This document shows positions 19,692 to 27,785 of a DNA stretch of 64,000 nucleotides, one piece after another; positions within the stretch are counted from its first letter, which is position 1, and each line of letters opens with the position of its first letter. A model generated the notes under the pieces. It was not told the origin of the DNA. It saw only the letters and a program-made list of their open reading frames with translations, and ran no database searches. Source of the stretch: Anaerolineales bacterium. Lineage in GTDB: Bacteria; Chloroflexota; Anaerolineae; Anaerolineales; RBG-16-64-43. The translations under genes were made by a program, and so were the position numbers. Where the stretch lies: assembly GCA_050012135.1 (NCBI GenBank), contig JBEKHT010000004.1, positions 13,249 through 77,248 on the forward strand, in the 5' to 3' direction.

Positions 19692-19735
19692 CGCCGAGAT
19701 CAGGCCAAATAAGACAGAAATGGAAGGTTATGGCT

Positions 19736-19918
19736 ATGGCCAAGTGTGAGAACTGCGGGAAGACTCTGACGTTCGGCCACAATCGGAGCTTCTCGAACCG
19801 CGCAACCCGCCGGGCTTTTCGGCCGAACTTACAAAAGGTAGCGATTTGGCAAGGAAAGCGTAAGCTGCAGAAAACCCTTTGCGCGAGATGCCTGCGCACG
19901 TTGGTCAAGACGGCCTGA
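19736..19918 (+). CDS. rpmB: 50S ribosomal protein L28
   Basis: [35 protein letters not shown] is the L28 signature. The start was set at the ATG with the best spacing from GGAAGG. Confidence 0.9.
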   Translation: MAKCENCGKTLTFGHNRSFSNRATRRAFRPNLQKVAIWQGKRKLQKTLCARCLRTLVKTA

Positions 19919-19938
19919 AAGAAGGGGGCTTCTGCTGT

Positions 19939-19967
19939 GTCGGTGGTTGCGAAACCACCGACTTTTT
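19939..19967 (+). terminator. rho-independent terminator of rpmB
   Basis: GTCGGTGGTT-GCGA-AACCACCGAC followed by TTTTT. Confidence 0.7.
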
Positions 19968-20127
19968 CTTGTCGGCTTGGCATTCTCCTCGCAACCTCAA
20001 CACTCGCGTAATCATACCTGCCCGCGAAGAAAAAGACAATAGCAGGCCAACTCATGCCTGGAGAAACTGAGTCTGGGGGCTGGCGGGAGAGGTTCAAGAG
20101 GCCCCAGAACTGCGAGCCAGACCCCGC

Positions 20128-21639
20128 ATGAGCCGAGTGACGCCTGGGCGAGCAAGATTGGTTCTTGTGCTCTTGGCAGGAGCTGGAGCTATCCTGGCCT
20201 GCTCGCGCGCGGGCGTGGCTTTGCCCGCCGGGACCCTCCCCACGACGACCAGCGGCCTGGGCACCGCTGGGCCAACGCCCTTTCTGCCTCTGCCTCGCTC
20301 CCGCGGGACTCCTACGCCCGACGCCACCCGGCCTTACACAGAGCCGACCAAGGCCCCCAGCGTCTACACCGTCCAGCCGGGAGACACCCTCGGCTCCATT
20401 GCGCAGAAGTTCGGGGTGAGCCTGGAAGGTCTGGAGGCTCTCAACCCTCTGCCGGATCCCAGCCAGCTCGCTGTCGGGGAGCAAATTCAAATCCCGGTGC
20501 CCGAATCGGAAACCCCGGGCCCAAGCTTCAAGATCATTCCTGATTCGGAGGAAGTGTACGGACCCTCGACCCTTGGATTTGACGTGCCTGCATTCGTTCA
20601 ATCCAAGGGGGGCTACCTGGCCTCCTATCGGGAGGTTGTGGATGGCCGCGATCAGTCCGGAGCGGAGATCGTCCTTCTGGTGGCCCAAGAGTATTCGGTC
20701 AACCCGCGCTTGCTGCTCTCGATCCTCGAGTACCAGAGCCGGTGGGTGACCGGCGCTGATCCAGGGGCCTTCCGGCGGGACTACCCGATTGTTTACCTGC
20801 AGGGCCGAAGTGGCCTCTATCTTCAGCTCACCTGGGCTGCCAACGAGCTTAATCGCGGCTATTACATCTGGCGGGCGGGCGGCACGGACTACTGGGATCT
20901 CGCCGATGGCCAAGTCGTTCGGGTCGGCCCCGGAATCAATGCGGGAACGGCGGCGGTCCAGCATTTCTTCGGTCTCATTTCCTCCAGGGCGGACTGGGAA
21001 GCCGCCATATCGCCCACCGGCCTATTCGCCACCTATGAGGATCTCTTTGGCTACCCCTTCGATTGGGCCCTTGACCCTCTGGTCCCAGCCAATTTGCAGC
21101 AGCCCGTCCTTCACCTGCCGTTTCAACGGGGTGTAACATGGTACTTCACGGGGGGACCCCACGCGGCTTGGGACGAGGGGTCGGCCTGGGGGGCGTTGGA
21201 CTTCGCACCTTCGGACAACGCCCTGGGATGCACCCCCTCCGCCTCCTGGGAGGTGGCCGCGGCTCCTGGAGTGATTGTTCGAAGTGGCGGGGGCGAGGTG
21301 ATCCTCGACCTGGATGGCGACGGTTACGAGCAGACCGGGTGGGTCCTGCTCTACATGCACGTTGCCACGCAAGACCGGATCGCCGCCGGAACCCGAGTCA
21401 AGACGGGTGATTTGATCGGGCATCCCTCTTGCGAGGGTGGAGTCTCGACCGGGACGCATCTGCATTTCGCCCGGAAGTTCAACGGCGAGTGGATCTCGGC
21501 CGACGGCCCCATCCCTTTCAACCTGGACGGGTGGGTTTCGAGTGGGACAGGTCAGGAGTACGACGGCGACTTTTCTCGGGCCGGCACAACCCTGGAAGCA
21601 TGCGAGTGCCGAGGCCAGGACAATGCCATTACTCCCTAG
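20128..21639 (+). CDS. LysM domain + M23 family metallopeptidase lipoprotein (paralog 1)
   Basis: Lipobox ILAC. LysM domain (YTVQPGDTLGSIAQKFGVSLEGL). C-terminal PHAAWDEGSAWGALDFAP...GHPSCEGGVSTGTHLHFARK gives the H...D and HxH zinc motifs. Confidence 0.85.
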   Translation: MSRVTPGRARLVLVLLAGAGAILACSRAGVALPAGTLPTTTSGLGTAGPTPFLPLPRSRGTPTPDATRPYTEPTKAPSVYTVQPGDTLGSIAQKFGVSLEGLEALNPLPDPSQLAVGEQIQIPVPESETPGPSFKIIPDSEEVYGPSTLGFDVPAFVQSKGGYLASYREVVDGRDQSGAEIVLLVAQEYSVNPRLLLSILEYQSRWVTGADPGAFRRDYPIVYLQGRSGLYLQLTWAANELNRGYYIWRAGGTDYWDLADGQVVRVGPGINAGTAAVQHFFGLISSRADWEAAISPTGLFATYEDLFGYPFDWALDPLVPANLQQPVLHLPFQRGVTWYFTGGPHAAWDEGSAWGALDFAPSDNALGCTPSASWEVAAAPGVIVRSGGGEVILDLDGDGYEQTGWVLLYMHVATQDRIAAGTRVKTGDLIGHPSCEGGVSTGTHLHFARKFNGEWISADGPIPFNLDGWVSSGTGQEYDGDFSRAGTTLEACECRGQDNAITP

Positions 21640-21648
21640 GAGGAGCTC

Positions 21649-23244
21649 TTGCACTTGAAGTCCAGATCCCCGAGACGTCCTCAGGGACGAGCGCGCCTCG
21701 GTCTGGCGGCGCTCACCGTGGTTGCGGCGGCATTGGCTTGCTCTCGCGAAGGAGTCGTCTTGCCCGGGGCAGGAACCCCGCTCCCCACCGTTTTGCTGGA
21801 TCTAGCCGCGCCCACTGCGACCACTCCTTTGTCGCTCCCCAGTGCGACCGCCACGTGGGCTGATTCAACCCAGACTCCCATGCCGGTCTGGACGCTGCCC
21901 CCCCTCGCCAGCCCGACTTTCCCCGCCACCGCGACCGTCCTGGCGACGTCGAGCCGATCTCTGCTCTACGTCGCGCAAGCGGGGGACACACTCCGGACTG
22001 TAGCGATACGCTTTGGGGTCGCGCCACAGGATATTCAGGCCTACGCCGGGGGCCTTCCCGGTCAGGGTCTTCTCAATCCGGGACAGCAGCTGATCATCCC
22101 ATCGCGCCTGGGGACCACCACCCCTGTGGAGCAGCTCGTCCCAGACAGCGAAATGGTTTACTCGCCAGCCGCCGCCGCCTTCGATCCGTCGGCCTTCTCC
22201 CGGCGCATGGGTGGATACCTGGCCAATTACCAGGACACCAGCGCCGACCTCGGGAGCGGACCGTCGATCCTGAAGGATCTTGCCCTGGACAACTCGATCA
22301 ATCCCAAGATCCTGCTGACCCTGATGGAGCAGGGGAGTGGCTGGGTGACCCAACCCTCGCCCTCCCCAGCCCTGCGGGAATACCCGATGGGCATCCTCGA
22401 TCCAAACCTGAAGGGGCTGGTCTCCCAACTCGTGGAAGCCACCAACCGCCTAAGCATCGGCTACTATGGCTGGAGGGATGCCAGCCTGCTTGAACTCAAG
22501 TTTGGGGATGGGACTTCCTTGCGATTGGCGCCCAACTTGAATGCAGGCTCCGTGGCGCTCCTGTATTACTTTTCGCTGGAGGCGGCTGACCAGGCCAGCT
22601 GGCAGCGTGATCTGCAGCAATTCCTGGCCACCCACAAGAAGTTCTTCGGGGACCCTTTCGCGAACGTAGATCGGTTCGAACCGCTCTACTACCCAGACTT
22701 GAAGCAACCGACCCTGGAGTTGCCCTTTCTCCCCGGACAGCGGTGGGCCCTGACGGGAGGTCCACATGGTGCCTGGGAACATGAGGGTGCCCAGGCGGCG
22801 CTTGATTTCGCCCCACCCGCGGTCGCTCCTGGCTGCACCCCATCAACGCTGTGGGCGACGGCCGTTGCCCCTGGGCTCGTAGTGAGAAGCGGGGGTGGGG
22901 TCGTGGTCCTGGATCTCGACGGAGACGGCCAGGAGGAGACGGGCTGGGATATTCTTTATCTTCACATCGCGAGCCAGGGCCGGGTGCCGGTCGGCACGCG
23001 GGTGGAGACCGGCGATATCCTGGGTCATCCTTCTTGCGAAGGAGGAATTGCAACAGGTACCCACGTCCACATCGCGCGCAAGTTTAACGGCGAGTGGATT
23101 GAGGCCGCCGGTCCGCTCCCTTTTGATCTCAGCGGCTGGGTGGCTCAGGGCGGGAACGACCCCTATGAGGGGTCCCTGCAGCGGGGGAATGACAGGGCGG
23201 TGGCATGTGCTTGCGCCTCTTTCCAGACTCTGGTCTGGCGGTGA
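21649..23244 (+). CDS. LysM domain + M23 family metallopeptidase lipoprotein (paralog 2)
   Basis: Same architecture as paralog 1: lipobox ALAC, LysM (YVAQAGDTLRTVAIRFGV), PHGAWEHEGAQAALDFAP...STGTHVHIARK. It starts 9 nt after paralog 1 ends. Confidence 0.85.
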   Translation: MHLKSRSPRRPQGRARLGLAALTVVAAALACSREGVVLPGAGTPLPTVLLDLAAPTATTPLSLPSATATWADSTQTPMPVWTLPPLASPTFPATATVLATSSRSLLYVAQAGDTLRTVAIRFGVAPQDIQAYAGGLPGQGLLNPGQQLIIPSRLGTTTPVEQLVPDSEMVYSPAAAAFDPSAFSRRMGGYLANYQDTSADLGSGPSILKDLALDNSINPKILLTLMEQGSGWVTQPSPSPALREYPMGILDPNLKGLVSQLVEATNRLSIGYYGWRDASLLELKFGDGTSLRLAPNLNAGSVALLYYFSLEAADQASWQRDLQQFLATHKKFFGDPFANVDRFEPLYYPDLKQPTLELPFLPGQRWALTGGPHGAWEHEGAQAALDFAPPAVAPGCTPSTLWATAVAPGLVVRSGGGVVVLDLDGDGQEETGWDILYLHIASQGRVPVGTRVETGDILGHPSCEGGIATGTHVHIARKFNGEWIEAAGPLPFDLSGWVAQGGNDPYEGSLQRGNDRAVACACASFQTLVWR

Positions 23245-23262
23245 GAGCCTATTCGGCGTGAC

Positions 23263-24741
23263 ATGAATGCTAGGCATGGGAATCTCATCATCGCCCTAAC
23301 CCTGCTGGGTCTTGCCGCCTGCCTGCCCCAACCCTTGCTGGAACAGCCCGCCCCCACCCAGCCAGCCGTGTCGGTTCCCGCGAATCCGAGCAGCAACCAG
23401 CCCACACCACTGCCCCAACGCCTGCCCATCGTGCCCGGGCAGATCATGGACTATCCAGCCCAGTCCGGTGACACACTCCCGGCAGTGGCCGCGCATTTTA
23501 ACACCACGGTGGATGCGGTTCGGGCGGCGAATTCGTGGTTGCCTCGGGATGTCACGACCCTCGCCCCGGGAAAGGACCTACGAGTCCCGGCGTACTTCGC
23601 TCCCTTCACCGGAACCTCCTTCAAGATCCTTCCGGATAGCGAGGTAGTCAACAGCCCGGGCTTGGCGGGATTCAACCTCCAGGCGGTGGTGGAAGAAAAG
23701 GCCGGCTACCTTTCTCGCTACCAGGCTTATGCCTTCGATTCGACCCGGCCGGGGTGGGACATCGTTCAGGTTGTTGCTCAGACCTACTCCCTCAGCCCGC
23801 GACTCTTGCTCGCCCTGCTGCAGTTCCGATCAGGGTGGCTGACCAATCCCTCTCCGACCCAAGGAGAAATCGACTACCCTCTCGGTTTTCACGATCCGGT
23901 TTGGAAGGGACTAGCCCAGCAACTGACCTGGGCGGCCGAGCAGCTGAACAATGGCTATTACGGTTGGCGGATTGGCAGTTTGACACAGATTCAGCTTGCG
24001 GACGGTCGAGTGACGCGCCCCGACCTGTACCAAAACGCCGGAACGGTGGCCGTGCAGTTCTTGCTGGCCCAGTATTTCGGCCAGGATCAATTTGATCAAG
24101 CGGTTGGGCCTCAAGGGTTTGTCCAAACCTACCGGTCTCTTTTCGGCGATCCTTTCTCCAAGGCCGTTACCTTGATGGCTGGGAGCCTCCGCCAACCGAC
24201 CCTCTCGCTGCCTTTTGAGCCCGGTCACTTTTGGGCCTTCACCGGCGCACCGCATCCCGCCTGGGGCGACTCCCTGCCTTGGGGTGCGCTGGACTTTGCG
24301 CCGCCCTCAACGATCAAGGGCTGTGCGGACAGCGAGGAATGGGTTGTGGCCCCGGCCGGCGGGATCGTGGCCCGAAGTGAGCCCGCCACGGTAATCCTCG
24401 ACCTGGATGGGGACGGGGACGAGCGAACGGGCTGGGTTGTCCTCTTCTACCACATCGCCGACCAGGATCGCGTCCCGCAGGGGACCGTCCTCAAGGAGGG
24501 GGACCGCATCGGTCATCCTTCCTGCGAGGGAGGGCGAGCCACGGGCGACAACGTGCATATGGCGCGCCGATACAACGGGGAATGGATTCCTGCCTCCGGT
24601 CCCCTGGCGTTTGACCTGAGCGATTGGGTGGCAGCCAGCGGGGGCACTCCCTATCTCGGTACCCTGACCAGAGGCCTGGTCACCATGTCGGCCTGCAGTT
24701 GCACCGTCTTCTCCAACGAACTCGCCTTGCCCGGCCCTTGA
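23263..24741 (+). CDS. LysM domain + M23-like lipoprotein (paralog 3, HxH motif degenerate)
   Basis: Same architecture: lipobox LAAC, LysM (YPAQSGDTLPAVAAHF), PHPAWGDSLPWGALDFAP. The HxH position reads ATGDNVHMARR, so the first His is Asn. Confidence 0.85.
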   Translation: MNARHGNLIIALTLLGLAACLPQPLLEQPAPTQPAVSVPANPSSNQPTPLPQRLPIVPGQIMDYPAQSGDTLPAVAAHFNTTVDAVRAANSWLPRDVTTLAPGKDLRVPAYFAPFTGTSFKILPDSEVVNSPGLAGFNLQAVVEEKAGYLSRYQAYAFDSTRPGWDIVQVVAQTYSLSPRLLLALLQFRSGWLTNPSPTQGEIDYPLGFHDPVWKGLAQQLTWAAEQLNNGYYGWRIGSLTQIQLADGRVTRPDLYQNAGTVAVQFLLAQYFGQDQFDQAVGPQGFVQTYRSLFGDPFSKAVTLMAGSLRQPTLSLPFEPGHFWAFTGAPHPAWGDSLPWGALDFAPPSTIKGCADSEEWVVAPAGGIVARSEPATVILDLDGDGDERTGWVVLFYHIADQDRVPQGTVLKEGDRIGHPSCEGGRATGDNVHMARRYNGEWIPASGPLAFDLSDWVAASGGTPYLGTLTRGLVTMSACSCTVFSNELALPGP

Positions 24742-25049
24742 CAACCGGCGCTGCAACCATCGGGCCCACGGCGATCGAGGGCGTGGACGGATCGGGTTCC
24801 GGTCCGGCCTGACGACTGCTTGCCTCTCGGTCCCGGGAGGCGTTGTCCAAGGATCGGACCCGAGTCCTGGGAGGATCCGGACCCTCCATCCTGGCCGGAA
24901 TCCGGAGACAGGGCGTAGCGGGCGGGCTGAGTATGCCCCTCTTGCAGTTCGACCTGCTCGCCGCCTAGTCCCGTTGCACGGGATCATGTGGATGCCTCCG
25001 GTCAGGCCTGGAAACATGGGTCAGGGGATTCCTGGCCTGGATCTCTGCC

Positions 25050-25078
25050 TTGACTGGTTTTGAGCCAACAATTAGACT
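25050..25078 (+). promoter_or_regulatory. candidate promoter of rnpB
   Basis: TTGACT, a 17-nt spacer, then TAGACT, ending about 10 nt before the P1 helix of the RNase P RNA. Confidence 0.45.
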
Positions 25079-25089
25079 CAGCTCGGGGT

Positions 25090-25569
25090 CCCAAGTTGGC
25101 CGGGCGATCGCGTCGTGCCGGAGTCGAGTGCTGAGCGCTTGCCCCGGTGCGCCGAGGAAAGTCCGCGCTCCAGAGAGCTAGACGCCGGGCAATGCCCGGG
25201 GCGGGGCGACCTGCCGGAAGAGGGCCACAGAGAAGAAGATTGCCGCGGAGCTCTCGGGCCACGCGGCGAGGGTGAAAGGGTGGTGTAAGAGACCACCGGC
25301 GTCGGCAGCAATGTCGACGGCCAGGCAACCCCCGTCTGGAGCAAGGCCAAACAGAGGCGAATCCCAGTGGGGTAGCACCCAATGGGTGCGGGCTGGCTCG
25401 GCCCGCCCAGCCTCGGGTAGGCTGCTTGAGCCGCACGGCAACGTGTCGGTCGAGATAGATGATCGCCGCCGGCCTGTGAGAAGGACGAAGCCGCAAGGCG
25501 TAAACTGCTTTGGAGGGTCAACCCCTTCCAGAAGGCCGGCACAGAACGCGGCTTACAGGTCAACTTGGG
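25090..25569 (+). ncRNA. rnpB: RNase P RNA, bacterial type A
   Basis: Contains GAGGAAAGTCCGCGCTCC (P4 5' strand), GGGTGAAAGGGTGGTGTAAGAGACCACC and CACAGAACGCGGCTTACAGG (P4 3' strand). P1 is formed by CCCAAGTTG (25090-) and CAACTTGGG (-25569). The ends are approximate. Confidence 0.85.
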
Positions 25570-25679
25570 CCCCCCACTTGAGGACTGCCGCAAACCCCCT
25601 CGGAACCCCGCTCGCCACACTCCAACACCCGCAACGGGCCTAGTTTCCTGACGCATGCCTTAAAACTTTGCGTTGCCAC

Positions 25680-25745
25680 TTGTCCCAGTGGGGGAAAACG
25701 CATATACTGTGGGCGCAAGTGGGAGAAAGTGGAAGGCGGTGGGCT
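25680..25745 (+). promoter_or_regulatory. candidate Pmra promoter with MraZ-box-like GTGG[G/A] direct-repeat array
   Basis: TTGTCC, a 17-nt spacer, then TATACT (25680-25708). GTGGGC, GTGGGA, GTGGAA and GTGGGC start at 25709, 25719, 25729 and 25739, an exact 10-bp phasing. A fifth GTGGGG lies at 25688 inside the spacer. mraZ starts at 25796. Confidence 0.55.
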
Positions 25746-25795
25746 GGGCGCCGGGAAAACCCCGGCGTCCCCGCTTAAGGAGAAGAGGCGAACAT

Positions 25796-26242
25796 ATGTT
25801 CTTGGGAGAGTTTGAGCATGCTCTGGACGACAAGGGTAGGCTCACGATCCCGGCCAAACTCCGGGCGGGGTTTGCGGCTGGAGCCGTGGTAACGCGGGGA
25901 TTCGAGCCTTGCCTCGTCGTCTATCCGCTCGAGACCTTCCGCCTCTTGGAGCAGAAGGCCCATGGGCTGACCCCCACGGACCCTTCCCACAGAGCGATCT
26001 TCCGACTGCTCTTCGGCGGCGCAGCCGATGTGGCCCTTGACTCCGTCGGTCGCGTCCTGATTCCCCCCTACCTGCGAACCTATGCGGCTCTTGCAACCCA
26101 GGTGGTCGTGGTCGGAGCGGGGCAGTACATCGAAGTCTGGGATGCGGGCAAGTGGAGTGAACAGCTGGCCACGCTCAATGATGCCGAGTCCAACTCGCGA
26201 CGCTTTGTCTCATTGGATCTGGCGACCGGTGGGATCCCGTGA
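25796..26242 (+). CDS. mraZ: division/cell wall cluster transcriptional regulator MraZ
   Basis: MFLGEFEHALDDKGRLTIPAKLR plus a second SpoVT/AbrB-like repeat (DSVGRVLIPPYLR). The start was trimmed to the ATG behind AAGGAGAAGAGG. Confidence 0.92.
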   Translation: MFLGEFEHALDDKGRLTIPAKLRAGFAAGAVVTRGFEPCLVVYPLETFRLLEQKAHGLTPTDPSHRAIFRLLFGGAADVALDSVGRVLIPPYLRTYAALATQVVVVGAGQYIEVWDAGKWSEQLATLNDAESNSRRFVSLDLATGGIP

Positions 26243-27294
26243 GTGAAGATGCCCTCCGCCCGAAAGCCGGAGGGCAACCCGAGAGGGAAGGGGGCAGCCC
26301 CCTCAGGGCGCACGACCCAGTACTTTACCAAGAGGTACTCGATTGGCTGGACCCTCGAGAGGGAGGGCGCTACATCGACGCGACCATCGGCGGCGGGGGC
26401 CATGCCTGGGGAATCCTCGAGCGATCGTCCCCGAGCGGATTGCTCCTGGGAATCGATCGAGACCCGCAGGCGCTGGAGTTCGCGCGCCAGCATTTGGTCC
26501 GGTTTTCCAGTCGGATCATCTTGCGCCACGAGAACTTTCGTTTTCTGGAGAGGCTGGTGGAAGAACTGAAGTGGGGGCAGGTGGACGGAGTCTTGCTGGA
26601 TCTGGGCCTTTCCTCTCTGCAGCTGGGCGAGGCACTTCGCGGCTTCTCTTTTCGGGAGGATGGACCGCTGGACATGCGGTTTGATCCGGGGGGCAAAACG
26701 ACCGCCGGGGAGTTGGTCAACACTCTCTCGGAGGAGGAGCTCGCAAGGCTCCTTTTCGTGTATGGCGAGGAGAAACTGAGTCGCACCATCGCCCGCGCGA
26801 TAGTGCGTGCCCGACCGCTCCGTTCGACTGTTGAGTTGGCTGAGGTGATTGAACGTTGCGTCATCCGCAAGCTGGCAGGTCGAAGAGGGCATTGGAGGAT
26901 CCATCCCGCAACGCGGACATTCCAGGCCCTGCGTATCGCGGTGAATGAGGAACTGCAGGCTCTCGAGGAGGCGCTTCCCCAGGCGGGGAATGTGCTGCGG
27001 CCGGGCGGCCGGCTGGCGGTAATCTCCTTCCATTCCCTGGAGGACCGGATCGTGAAGCAATTCTTGCGGCGGAACTCGAGGCGCTTCGACCGCAGGGGCG
27101 GCCCGATAGCTCCTCCGGCGGGCGAAGAGCCCGGGTTCCAATTCGAACCCACCCACAAGCCGATTCGTCCCGGGGAGGCCGAACTGCGCGCCAACCCGCG
27201 GTCCCGGAGTGCCAGACTGCGCGTGGCCCAGAAGGTCGAGGGAGGCTGGACATCCGCGAGGGAACGACTGGGACCAGCCGGCACCCGCCCATGA
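26239..27294 (+). CDS. rsmH: 16S rRNA (cytosine1402-N4)-methyltransferase
   Basis: HDPVLYQEVLDWL...YIDATIGGGGHA...GVLLDLGLSSLQL...SFHSLEDRIVK are RsmH motifs. Confidence 0.9.
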   Translation: MSEDALRPKAGGQPEREGGSPLRAHDPVLYQEVLDWLDPREGGRYIDATIGGGGHAWGILERSSPSGLLLGIDRDPQALEFARQHLVRFSSRIILRHENFRFLERLVEELKWGQVDGVLLDLGLSSLQLGEALRGFSFREDGPLDMRFDPGGKTTAGELVNTLSEEELARLLFVYGEEKLSRTIARAIVRARPLRSTVELAEVIERCVIRKLAGRRGHWRIHPATRTFQALRIAVNEELQALEEALPQAGNVLRPGGRLAVISFHSLEDRIVKQFLRRNSRRFDRRGGPIAPPAGEEPGFQFEPTHKPIRPGEAELRANPRSRSARLRVAQKVEGGWTSARERLGPAGTRP

Positions 27295-27785
27295 TGACCA
27301 CGCCGAATTCCACTCCCGGAAGGCCGCAAGCGAGTCGGGCCAGAGCCTACCGTCAGGCCCCTTGGCGGGTCCAGACGCGACTGCTGGCCATGGGATTGGC
27401 CGTAGTGCTCACTCTGGCAGCGACCCTGAGCCTGTTCATCTTCACAGGTGCCCAGGCGGCGGAGGCGGGGCTCAGTGTGCAATCGCTTCTGACCGAGCGT
27501 GACGACTTGCTCCGCCGGATCGACAGTCAGCAAGCCGAGTTGGCGGGACTGCAATCGGAGAGTTGGATGAGCGCGCGGGCGAAGGAACTGGGCTTCAGCC
27601 CAGTTCCGCCTCAGGGAATGGGTTTTGTGGAAGTCCCGCCCGCTCCCGAGGCCACCCCGGCCTACTTCGGCCCAACCGGGACGCTCTATGTTGAGCCTGG
27701 GCTCGCCCTTTCGCCGGCCTATCGCCAGACTCTGCTCGACTGGCTGATCGATCATCTGCGACAGGCCGGGAGCACTCAGCCTTGA
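27291..27785 (+). CDS. FtsL-like single-pass membrane coiled-coil protein
   Basis: Sits in the ftsL slot between rsmH and ftsI. One TM (LLAMGLAVVLTLAATLSLFIF) is followed by a coiled-coil-like stretch. Sequence similarity alone cannot be judged by eye. Confidence 0.55.
   Translation: MMTTPNSTPGRPQASRARAYRQAPWRVQTRLLAMGLAVVLTLAATLSLFIFTGAQAAEAGLSVQSLLTERDDLLRRIDSQQAELAGLQSESWMSARAKELGFSPVPPQGMGFVEVPPAPEATPAYFGPTGTLYVEPGLALSPAYRQTLLDWLIDHLRQAGSTQP

Noticed and set aside
19971-20127. Possible riboswitch (c-di-AMP/ydaO type) upstream of the first cell-wall hydrolase gene
   Set aside because: I could not find the conserved ydaO core motifs or its pseudo-symmetric helices by eye. A covariance-model scan would be needed to revisit this.
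19624-20964. 446-aa minus-strand ORF
   Set aside because: It runs antisense through rpmB, its terminator and the first M23 gene, so it is not plausible as a gene.
24742-25049. About 300-nt GC-rich spacer upstream of rnpB, checked for an ncRNA or small gene
   Set aside because: Only short, imperfect hairpins are present (e.g. 25003-25039). There is no recognisable RNA family signature or credible ORF. ORF 24307-25017 overlaps the third M23 gene antisense.
25078-25656. 192-aa minus-strand ORF (and 25002-25496)
   Set aside because: They overlap the RNase P RNA gene, whose conserved core motifs are unambiguous.
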